Shown here: piece after piece, positions 1 to 8,638 of the stretch
Layout: the number at the start of each line of letters is the position of its first letter
Position numbering within the stretch: position 1 is the stretch's first letter
Source of the DNA: Andalucia godoyi And28
Lineage: Eukaryota; Protista; Jakobida
Length of the DNA stretch: 24,724 bases
Direction: 5' to 3'
Assembly (NCBI GenBank): GCA_009859145.1
Contig: VRVR01000013.1
Span: forward strand, 1 to 24,724
Program-made: the position numbers and the translations under genes
The notes under the pieces: generated by a model
The model's input: only the letters and a program-made list of their open reading frames with translations
Database searches by the model: none
Told to the model about the DNA's origin: nothing

Positions 1-738
1 ACTATATTACGGGTCGCTGTGGGATCAGAAGCGGAGCTGCATACAGGACGCTTTTTCTTGCTGAGGAGTGCTCCAACGCTCCTGCTGAAACGGGCGTGCG
101 CGCATCCAACACTTGTTAAACCGTGCATCGGAACGCGAGAAAGAAAGAGGGAGGAAGAGGAGAGAGAGAGAGAAGCTACCGTCGACTGGAGGAGGACCCA
201 GCGGTATCCCTCGACTCAAGGCTCCCCCGTTGCACTGCTCATGTGCAGAGGATGCAGAATCTGGTGGAGAAAAACATCACCCTTCAGGTGGGCCTGAGCT
301 GTCGGTATCGCAGAACTCAAGGGGGTCAAGCCCTTTCTGGAGCGGGTCGTACCCTCGTCAGCAAAACCTGCGATACAGCCCGGGGGAAGTGGGCGCACTG
401 TGGCTTGCCAAGGAATCGGTACGCCAAGAAACCCGCAAGAGCGCGTTTTCCCTCCCCGACGCTGCACCGGGTGGTCGACATGATCCGAACCTCTGGGGGT
501 ATCGACTCGGCATCGCGCAGCGCACGGAAGAAGGAGCCGTGTTCATGTGCTTCAAATCTCCGCACACCAACCTCCTGGCGGACATCCCAAGCAACGCACA
601 GGCGCCAGTGAGATCCACGCTCTTCAAAAGCACATGCTCGATCGTCTGTCGATACCGCTCCGCATCCTTCGGGCGGTGAAGAATGCATCGGAAGGGCTCT
701 TTTACGTTAAGACCACCGGCCGCAGTCTAGCGGGCTAG
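1..738 (+). pseudogene. Frameshifted coding-like sequence of unknown family (copy A)
   Basis: Protein-like segments alternate between frames: VGIAELKGVKPFLERVVPSSAKPAIQP (from ~301), then one extra G in the G5 run at 382-386, GEVGALWLAKES...WGYRLGIAQ...TNLLADIP, then EIHALQKHMLDRL...KNASEG...RSLAG-TAG(736-738). No family motif recognised. The 5' end may lie outside the window. Confidence 0.35.
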
Positions 739-1351
739 CGATCGACGATCGACACTGGTACTCTCACTCGCGTTGCCTGTGAAAAGGCTTTTTATCATCG
801 CACTTCAAATCATATGCAGTTCTACTTCAGCGCGATACTCGATTAGCCATCTGCTCTAGCCCGCAAGCAAATCGTCGGACGGCCGCCCGTGATCACGGCA
901 ACTCGCGCCTCGACGCTGGTGGCGCGGGCGTATCCATGCAGAACCGAGACGCACAGTACATATCCGTAATCCCCTGAGGACGCTTTGCACCACTGGCAAT
1001 CATCTTGTCGGATGCTTTGAAGGCGCTTGTTCCTCCTCCACCGAGGGTCGCAAACGAGCTGCGTGCAGCCAGCCACGCATGGATACCGTACTCGCCGCGC
1101 TGCAAGGCGTCAGCCAAATTTGTCAGATGCACGGACCAAACTGTGCACATGGTGCGGACGTCGTCTCCGGATTTGCTACTGATCATATGCAGATCCTCGC
1201 GGGTCGACAGAGACGCTGCCAAGTATCGCACATAGAACACAAACTCGTCAGGCCCTCGGAAGGGATGTCGGTCGAGCTTGGTGTGGTTTCGTCGAATGCT
1301 CCGTCGCAGGTTTCCGAGTCCGCTCCAGAAAGTCGCTTCCTTGATGGACAT
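727..1351 (-). pseudogene. Hypothetical protein, apparently frameshifted (copy B)
   Basis: ORF from ATG 1351 (MSIKEATFWSG...ALQRGEYGIHAWLAARS...SAFKASD...KRPQG). It appears to continue after a shift at the C4 run 971-974 as DYGYVLCVSVLHG, and in a further frame as DDLLAG*...ELHMI*...GNASES...RSLAR-TAG(727-729). Resembles copy A at protein level. Confidence 0.4.
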
Positions 1352-1431
1352 TCCGTTTGAGACTGGCAAGAACACGGAAACCGAGGGTGCTGAATCCGTT
1401 TCTCGCTTCGGTTTGGAAGGTTTGCCTGAAA

Positions 1432-1452
1432 CCCCCCCCCCCCCCCCCCCCC
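1432..1452. repeat. C21/G21 homopolymer
   Basis: 21 consecutive C on the + strand, seen directly. Confidence 0.95.
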
Positions 1453-1920
1453 AGCTCGCGCAATAAGCGATTTTCCTTGTGAAAACGCGGAAAATTCGGT
1501 GGCCAGTTTGGCAATAAATACTGCAGTTTCTATTCACAGTGCAAACACATCATTTGAATGTTGTGACGTTTCTGTATAATTCTTCCCTCGGATTTACAAC
1601 ATTTTCCCTAATTTTTCCATTTTGCCAAGGACCGAACCGGCACATTGGCAAATTCTCGTCCCGACTCTGGGTATTTATTGAGTCGGTCAGATTATTCCAG
1701 TGCAGCTTCCTTTGCCGCGTTTTTGATGAAAGCTTCGTTGCAGCAGTTTCCTGGGTTTTTCAAAGTGCATAATCCTGGATGGAGGAATGAAGGGACGTTC
1801 TATGAACGCGCTCTTTGATTGCACATCTCATGAAGGAACAAAACGTTAGGATGTGCTGCGTTCTTCGTTTTTGTTTTTGCAGCGAGATTCCCTAACTGTC
1901 TTATTTGATCCGTACGATTA

Positions 1921-3387
1921 ATGCGTAAAGAAGATCCCTGTCGCCATCAGACTTCGACAGCACGCGTTGATGGTATTTTGTTTTTCTTGCAGTATCTCGC
2001 CATTTTCTTTGCAGTTTTGTTCGTGTTACGTTTGATCCCGCGAGTAGACGCATAATGTGTGGTCATTTACCGTGAAAACCCTGAAACTGCAGAGCTGTTT
2101 AAGAACGCTACGGGCGTGTTCAATCAACTTGCGGTTGAGAACTCGACGCAACCTTCTTGGTATCTCGAATGCGGATCACCACTCGAGACTGCTTTGTATA
2201 TTTCGACGTACAAGGCCACCACGGCACCCCAACTAGTCATAGCAGGTGGTCGCCACGGTTCACGTCGTCTTTGCTCACCGTTGTATGCCGACTGTGAAAT
2301 GATTGCAGTGGGTCAGTGGAAAGAAGTGCGTTTAGCAGATGAAGGTGACTGGGGAGCCCAATGGAAAGAGCGCAAGATGCTCATAGCTCAAGTTGGCGTG
2401 CGAGGATTTGAAGCCGACAAAGTGCTGCAAGAAGCCAATCAGTGCATGGTGTTTGGAATGTGTCCAAGCGTTTCACTGGGAGGCATCATCTTGGCTGGTG
2501 GCTACACATACATGTTTCGTCATCATGGCTCGTTAGCTGACATGGTCGTATTATTTCGCTGCATTCTAGCGAACGGAACCATGATCAATGCATCGGCATC
2601 TGAAAATTCGGACTTGTATGCATCTCTTCGAGGTGGTGGAAGCATTGGTCGATTTATGCTCGTGCATGAAATGGTTTTGCTATTGCCCCCGAATCCTGTC
2701 GACAACGTCACTGTAATCTCTCTTTCAGCGAGATGGACCGATCCTAAACAGGGTAAGGCTTTCTTGCACATTTTTTCCAGCATCTGTCCTTATTTCCACA
2801 AGAACGTCACATTAACTGCGCATCTCCAGACTGGTCGAGAAGATCCGTTGCTTCGACTGAAAGGAACGAGCTTTCTTTCCCTTAATGAGACTCGCACCAC
2901 TCTAGCACCTCTCCTGGATCATTTGTACCATTTGCCTGCAGGTGTTGTGGAAGACACTATCGAACTCCGTTCTCCCTTGGAGATTTCTGCTATTCTTTCA
3001 GAATGCGGTTCCCTCGAAAGTTGTATAGAAGCTGGGCATATGTTTCCTGGTGATGGATAGTCGGTGTATCGAGATGGAAGCAACGCCTGGTTCGGTCATA
3101 GCTCCTTCGTCGAGATGATCCGTCGCATGTGCAAAACTCAGTGCGATTTTCGTTCGACTGTCTTTGATTCAGACAACTGCAGCATCTTTGATCCGCCTGT
3201 TTGCGCACCATGCGACTCCCAAGCATCACCCCCATCTTCATCCAGCAAAAAAGATCAGCTTGGCAAAGGGGCCATTGCTGGGATCGTCGTGTCTTCCATC
3301 GCGGTTGCGGTCGCCGCTGTGATTGCCGTCGTGCGTGTTGCCCGAAAAAGACGAAACAAACAGAATGGGCACGTGCAAATTGCTTGA
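1921..3387 (+). pseudogene. Berberine-bridge-enzyme-like FAD-linked oxidase with signal peptide and C-terminal TM anchor, interrupted by two in-frame stops
   Basis: One frame from ATG 1921: hydrophobic leader YLAIFFAVLFVLRLIPRVDA, TAA 2053-2055, FAD-binding motifs IAGGRHGS (GGH-type His) and GMCPSVSLGGIILAGGY (CPxV Cys), then ENSDLYASLRGGG, TAG 3058-3060, a BBE-like AWFGHSSFVEMIRRMCKTQCDFRSTVF, TM helix GAIAGIVVSSIAVAVAAVIAVV plus RKRR, and TGA 3385-3387. Confidence 0.75.
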
Positions 3388-3997
3388 TTTGTATCGCAGC
3401 TTCGTCTTTATGGAATTCTTTCTGACGCTCGAATGAATGAGCGACTTCTTGTTTCAGCGTACCTAGCGACGCCGAATGTGTGTCGTTCATTAGGAGTGTC
3501 GTTGGAAGAACGGGGATTGCCAAATGATTTTCATCTACGGCTTTGCTCTGTTTTAAGTCAAGTCGATATAGATTGAGATGAAGGAGGTTCACTCAAATTT
3601 AGCGTTTCTGAAGGGATGCCATTGGTGGTGACGGAAACTGAAAAGAGACTGATAATGAACAGATTTTAATGACAACGTAATGTGCAAACAAGGATGCTGA
3701 ACACGAATTCCATCTGATGAAAGAAAAAATTCGTCGTAGGGAATTCAGAAATGATGCTTATCTGCAACGCCCCAACTCGATTTTGACCCAACTCGAGTTC
3801 GCCCGATTTTACGCCTACATTATACACTGAACATGCATATCTACGAACAGACATGCAAGTGTCGGCCAGTATTGATCGTGTCTGTGTATGGATGCTTCCT
3901 TCCGTATGCGTGACAATGATGTGTTATTGTTCAACGGTACTTTTTTTATTTTATTTTAGAAAAAATGGGAAACTGAAAGGGGATAACGGAAAATGCT

Positions 3998-4459
3998 TCA
4001 GTTCCGAACTCTGAAAATAGCAGGCTCGCATCCGAAATAGCTTGAAAACTCCGAGTATGTGGCAGACCAGCAGAAGCACTTGCGCGATGAGGAATTCGAG
4101 TCGATCGTTCCGCATCCTCCGGAAGCGCAAATTCCAATATGTTTCTCGCCGCAAGCAATTGCAAGATCACCTGCCACTGCATCCTTGGCGTGAATTGCTT
4201 CGCCACGACCTCCTTTCAGGGCGTCGACCACAGATGGCACGTAATTCGTGTTGGAACCGATCTTCCGAAGACCTGCGTCGCTGATGATGTTGTTCACAGC
4301 CCAGGCGCATGCTTCCACACCGCCATCTGGACCAGCCGCGGTAGAATGTCCCCAGTAAGCGTGCATGGCACGGTCAATGCTCTCGGGGATCCCCGCATCC
4401 ACACAAGAAAGGATGCACGCAAAAGCGAGCACGCAAACGACAACAGAAAAACGCATCAT
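3998..4459 (-). CDS. Secreted NlpC/P60 (papain-fold) Cys-His hydrolase, putative peptidoglycan amidase/endopeptidase, 153 aa
   Basis: Signal peptide MMRFSVVVCVLAFACILSCVDA. Nucleophile motif GPDGGVEACAWAVN, then AGDLAIA...KHIGI (GD..H-I-G-I motif) and SNSSS, as I recall from bacterial domains of this type. Intact ORF ending in TGA. Confidence 0.75.
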   Translation of the reverse strand: MMRFSVVVCVLAFACILSCVDAGIPESIDRAMHAYWGHSTAAGPDGGVEACAWAVNNIISDAGLRKIGSNTNYVPSVVDALKGGRGEAIHAKDAVAGDLAIACGEKHIGICASGGCGTIDSNSSSRKCFCWSATYSEFSSYFGCEPAIFRVRN

Positions 4460-4530
4460 TGAAACACCTCCACAAGGCAAAGGGAATTTTCCAGATTCAG
4501 TTAATTTTTTTAATTCTTCAAATCAAAAAA

Positions 4531-4582
4531 GCTCAAATTGAGAAGAAAAGAGAAAGAAGAAAAGAAAAGAAAAGAAAAGAAG
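4531..4582. repeat. Polypurine/(AAAAG)n tract, pyrimidine-rich on the - strand upstream of the hydrolase gene
   Basis: gagaagaaaagagaaagaagaaaagaaaagaaaagaaaagaag seen directly. Confidence 0.8.
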
Positions 4583-5044
4583 ACAGCGGCGATTGCTGGA
4601 GTCTTTGCTCGCCTTTTTCTGCGTTCTTCCAGCGGAGAAGAGCAGCTCCCCCCACAGCAGAGCCCCGCAGCGGAACAAAAACTCGGTTGACAGCACGTGG
4701 GCTGCGATACTCTGTATCGATGCTAATTGGTTCTAATAGATACTATTGCAATGCTGCATGATAAAAATTGGCAATGGATCCTGCGATAATTAATCGACTT
4801 CAAGACGATGAAAAACGAAATAAAACACCGCTGCCACTATTTGCGATATGATGAAGCAATCTAAAGGGCATGCAAACAAACACACTGCCACGCGCCATGC
4901 GCATGCGTTTGTTATCTTGACAGCTCCGTCACACGATGTCCCGATTCGTTTCGCCTCCCATTTTGATCATGAAATCCCTATAAACACGCCGCCGCGTTGC
5001 ATTCTCGCACGGCGACGCTCATTTCTTTATTTTCATTTTTATTG

Positions 5045-5242
5045 TCCATGCATCGCAATTTGTGTGGAAACAAGGTGCGTTGGGTTGCCCATCGTGCAAA
5101 TGCATGATCGACCGCGATTGGAACGGCGCGCGCAACATCTACATCTATCTTAGGAACGTCCCTCATGCCGAGGGGCGTGTTGGGGCCTGCCCCCTTCCCA
5201 ATCATGCTATGCATGTTGCTGGGTTGCAGCATTGATTATGGG
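5045..5242 (+). mobile_element. Fanzor2/TnpB (IS607-type OMEGA nuclease) 3' remnant; non-autonomous or decayed element
   Basis: 5051-5083 reads HRNLCGNKVRW. After a frameshift (2 extra nt, 5084-5085), 5086-5139 reads CPSCKCMIDRDWNGARNI, with TGA at 5233-5235. CxxC-x4-DRDxNGARNI is the zinc-finger/RuvC-III signature of Fanzor2-type TnpB homologues. No upstream RuvC-I/II sequence is present. Confidence 0.8.
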
Positions 5243-5262
5243 TGATCAGCGACGATTGTCCG
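5150..5262 (+). ncRNA. Candidate omega-RNA (scaffold plus 3' guide); boundaries inferred
   Basis: Hairpin ACGTCCCTC-atgcc-GAGGGGCGT (5156-5178, 9 bp with one G-U), mini-stem GGGG-cctg-CCCC (5182-5193) and a long imperfect hairpin CCCAATCATGC...GCATTGATTATGGG (5197-5242). These follow the RuvC-III codons, where TnpB/Fanzor omega-RNAs are known to lie. Confidence 0.5.
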
Positions 5263-5349
5263 TGGTTAGCGTGCAATGTAGGCGTAAGTGTTGTTCAAAC
5301 GTTTCCAGCGGTTCGCGATGCGAACAGTCAGTTTTATGACATCGGCATG

Positions 5350-8343
5350 CTACACAATATTCTGCGGAGCGTCCTTCGCCCGGGATTCCGAAATTTCTTT
5401 CGGTTCCCCGTACTTTTTAAGCAGCAAGGAAAACAAGATGACGGGAATCGAACTGGCAATCTCGCTCAATCCAGCGATCGCAGGGGGGATGCTGACACCT
5501 CCAGATGAATAGAAAACACCGGCAGCAAGGGGAATCGCGATGACGTTGTAGAGGAAAGCCCAGAAAAAGTTGGTTTGAATTACACGGAACGTCTTGCGTG
5601 ACAGATCAATTGCAAGTAAAAGGTCTCGCAGATCATTCTTCATCAGAACAACACCGGCGGCGGACATGGAAATCTCACTTGCGTTCGCAACAGCAATCCC
5701 CACATCTGCTGCAGCTAATGCAGGACTGTCATTCACACCATCACCTAAGAAACATACTGCGGACAAAGATGCCTCTTTCAGTTCTTTCAGGAACTCTGCC
5801 TTGTCGCCGGGAAGCAATCCTCCGACAGCATGGGAGGGCAGGACTCCCAGATCGCGTGCCACAGCCTGCACAACAGACGGACGATCTCCACTGGCAATGT
5901 AGACCTTGTACTTCAACCGATCTTGCAAGTACTGTACCACAAAACGTGCCTCCGGACGCACGACATCAAACACTTCAAACCAGCCTGCGAACACGCCATC
6001 TACGGCGACGTAGACGCCCGCTCGAGCGACTTCGTCACAGACGACTCCAGATTCGCGCATCCACAAAAGAGTTCCGATCAGCACAAGGCGACCGTTCACC
6101 GTCGCACAAATTCCTTTTCCGGGAGTCGCGGTCATTTCATCCGGTTGCACAAGAGCTCTTGTCAGATGCGCTTTGGCATAGGTCACAATGGATCTCCCAA
6201 TGGGATGCTCTGAGCCCAGCTCAGCACATCCGGACAAGAACAAAAACTCGGATTCATCGATCAGCGTTTCGACGTGCACGACCGAGGGCTTGCCTAAGGT
6301 AAGCGTGCCTGTTTTGTCGAATACAACAATGTTCGCCTTGTGGCACGTCTCCAGAACAGCTCCTCCGCGAAACAAGATACCGAACTTCTTGGCAGCCACA
6401 CCGGTGCCCACCATGATCGCCGTGGGTGCCGCCAGACCAATGGCACAAGGGCAAGACACAACAAGCACGGCAAGCGCAAAATGCAAAGAAAACGTAATAT
6501 TTGATTTTCCCGATGAGTTGCGGAACTCGCCGGTTTCCGTGAGCACCATCCATACGATGAACACGCTAACAGCAGCGAAAACAATAAAAGGAGCAAACAC
6601 ACCAGCCACGATATCCGCCGCTCGTTGCACATTCGTCTTGGAACCTTGTGCTTCTTCGACCATCTTTCGAATGCCTGCCAGCGTACCCTCAGCAATTGTC
6701 CTTGTCACGCGCACCGTAATGCAGCCCCACTGATTTATGGTTGAGCCGTACACGGTGTCTCCTTTCTGCTTCGTTGTAGGCAGCGATTCTCCTGAAATGG
6801 TCGACTCATCAATTTGCGTCGTACCATCTTCCACAATTCCATCGGCAGGAACAACACTTCCAGGAAGTACTTTCAGCAAATCACCTCTCTGGATCATCTC
6901 TGCTTCGATTTCTGTCTCCGCGTCAGAAGACGACACTAAAACTGCAGAGGTCGCTTGTAGAGACATGAGCTGTTCAAGGATGTTTGTCGTCTGCCCGCGA
7001 GTTAGCAACTCGAGCCAGCGTCCGAACATGATCAGACAGAGCAGGATCGTGCTGGTTTCGAAAAACGGTTCATACTCAGAGGAGTTATGCAAAACCATGG
7101 CCATGATAACCATGACAACGGAATACATATATGCCGTGAACGTTGACAGGACAACCAAGGCATCCATGGTCATTTTGCCGCCGTGCCACAGCGCTTTCCA
7201 TGCCGACTTGTACAATGGACTGCACACAACAGTCTGAACAGGAGTGGCAAGAATCCACAGCAGGAGCACTCCAACACTCAGTCCAGATGTCACCGAATTG
7301 TGAAACGGCTTTCCAGAATCTTCATGAAGCGGAAACACGAATGCGATCAAAATAGACGGAACTGCACATACGAGCGAAAGGAGAAAAAGAGTCAGCCAAA
7401 ATCGCAGTTCTTGTTTGTCGCTGGTGCTCGCATTTGACGCTTCTGTCGCGATTCGAGCCTCCGGAAATGCTCGCTTCATGACTTTGAGCAAGTCACGAAC
7501 ACCACACTGATCCTCGTGATAGTGGACTGTCAAGAACAGATCGGATGGGATGGAACAGGGAAACGGGTGTACAGCCAGCTTGACAACTCCCGGATGGAGA
7601 CGCAGATTCTTGACTGTCATCCCGAACACGGACAGGTCTGTCACTGTGGAACCAAACCGCACAGAATGAATGCCATCACCATCGAGTAACCGAGCCTTGA
7701 ACCCAAGACTTTCGATCGCAGCCACCATTGCTTCCGTTGAAGGGGCAACGCCCGCGGCAACTGTAGTTTCCACACGATGCGTCAGCGAAGACACTCGGAC
7801 ATCCGACACTCCAGGCATCTTCGACAACTTCCGATCAACGGTAAGCTCACAGTCCGCGCACGTCATCCCGTCAACAGCAAACTCCACCTTCTTCTTCAGC
7901 CCTTCCGCACAATCCTCGTCCGCAGGGAGCGGCACGTATCCTTTCTTTACCAAGCAACAGTCGTTCGCCGCACAACAGTCTTTTTCACAGCATTTTCCAA
8001 GCCAGCAGAAGGCACAGCAAACCAAATCGATCATCTTCGAATACAAGAAATCGTCGTCTCCACCTCCGCAGCAGGAGTCGCCGGCACATGACTCGCGATC
8101 ATCTGAGACACCGCAGCAGCCGCAGGAATCGTCTGGTGGTGCAGCAGCATCACAAGACTCTGATCGATGCAGAATCTCTCGGGCACTGCAGATAGCATCC
8201 GAGTGCGAATCCATTTCATCCGTCAAAACAACGGAAGTGACTGCTGCTGCATCCGATCCGACAGGCTCGGTCGAAGCGCAAGAGCAAGCGTCGCAAAGAG
8301 GCATCCCATCCACTTCAGCATGATCCGACATTGTTGCCGACAT
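5350..8343 (-). CDS. P1B-type heavy-metal-transporting ATPase with Cys-rich N-terminus, 997 aa
   Basis: HMA motif GMTCADC, SGES (A-domain TGES variant), TM CPC (VSCPCAIGLAAP), phosphorylation site DKTGT, SEHP, GDGVND, and TM7 YN (WAFLYN). Confidence 0.96.
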   Translation of the reverse strand: MSATMSDHAEVDGMPLCDACSCASTEPVGSDAAAVTSVVLTDEMDSHSDAICSAREILHRSESCDAAAPPDDSCGCCGVSDDRESCAGDSCCGGGDDDFLYSKMIDLVCCAFCWLGKCCEKDCCAANDCCLVKKGYVPLPADEDCAEGLKKKVEFAVDGMTCADCELTVDRKLSKMPGVSDVRVSSLTHRVETTVAAGVAPSTEAMVAAIESLGFKARLLDGDGIHSVRFGSTVTDLSVFGMTVKNLRLHPGVVKLAVHPFPCSIPSDLFLTVHYHEDQCGVRDLLKVMKRAFPEARIATEASNASTSDKQELRFWLTLFLLSLVCAVPSILIAFVFPLHEDSGKPFHNSVTSGLSVGVLLLWILATPVQTVVCSPLYKSAWKALWHGGKMTMDALVVLSTFTAYMYSVVMVIMAMVLHNSSEYEPFFETSTILLCLIMFGRWLELLTRGQTTNILEQLMSLQATSAVLVSSSDAETEIEAEMIQRGDLLKVLPGSVVPADGIVEDGTTQIDESTISGESLPTTKQKGDTVYGSTINQWGCITVRVTRTIAEGTLAGIRKMVEEAQGSKTNVQRAADIVAGVFAPFIVFAAVSVFIVWMVLTETGEFRNSSGKSNITFSLHFALAVLVVSCPCAIGLAAPTAIMVGTGVAAKKFGILFRGGAVLETCHKANIVVFDKTGTLTLGKPSVVHVETLIDESEFLFLSGCAELGSEHPIGRSIVTYAKAHLTRALVQPDEMTATPGKGICATVNGRLVLIGTLLWMRESGVVCDEVARAGVYVAVDGVFAGWFEVFDVVRPEARFVVQYLQDRLKYKVYIASGDRPSVVQAVARDLGVLPSHAVGGLLPGDKAEFLKELKEASLSAVCFLGDGVNDSPALAAADVGIAVANASEISMSAAGVVLMKNDLRDLLLAIDLSRKTFRVIQTNFFWAFLYNVIAIPLAAGVFYSSGGVSIPPAIAGLSEIASSIPVILFSLLLKKYGEPKEISESRAKDAPQNIV

Positions 8344-8387
8344 GCAGATAGAAGGGGGAATAAGAGGAATTACGGTAGAAGACGAGG

Positions 8388-8510
8388 CTGAAGAAGACGA
8401 AAGGGGAACGGCGGACCGTTTTGTGCATCAACATTGGACATCAAAGAAAAACAAAACAACATCATACCGGAAGTTGCTTGTCCGACCCAATGGGGACGCG
8501 CCGTTCTTAC
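8388..8510 (-). other. Candidate 5'-UTR intron of the ATPase gene (alternative donor at 8467)
   Basis: Donor ACG|GTAAGA at 8510 (or CCG|GTATGA at 8467). Pyrimidine tract and TTCAG acceptor at 8388, 44 nt before the ATG. Confidence 0.5.
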
Positions 8511-8638
8511 CGTAGTCAAGTCGAGAATTTCTTTTCGTTCTCCGCTTTTGTTAGTATTGCTTCTGTGATTTCTGTTTGTTTCTCATATTTATAATCGAAC
8601 CCTCAAACAGCACCTCCTCATCAAAGACAAGACATCTC

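Noticed and set aside
727-1537. CRE/R2-type non-LTR retrotransposon endonuclease end (KRPQG, YGIHAW resemble RPDG and zinc-knuckle flanks)
   Set aside because: No CCHC knuckle, no RHN/RHD in register and no reverse-transcriptase motifs.
1611-1817. Protein-like open stretch FHFAKDRTG...FFKVHNPGWRNEGTFYERAL on +
   Set aside because: Short, no suitable ATG and no recognisable family. It may be another decayed fragment but cannot be supported.
1921-3387. Ciliate-type code (TAA/TAG = Gln), suggested by the two in-frame TAR codons in the oxidase
   Set aside because: Ubc13 ends in TAG at its conserved C-terminus, the BEACH-like gene ends in TAA, the ATPase and permease end in TAG, and the 2937-codon ORF has no internal TAR. 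TAR therefore acts as a stop.
4740-5044. Upstream Fanzor (RuvC-I/II) or IS607 TnpA sequence
   Set aside because: No such motifs seen in any frame. ORF 4848-5153 is not TnpB-like, and the homology begins abruptly after a T-rich tract.
4978-5349. Readthrough extension of the ATPase into the in-frame - strand ORF 4978-5232
   Set aside because: Two further TAA stops intervene, and that ORF is simply the antisense of the Fanzor remnant.
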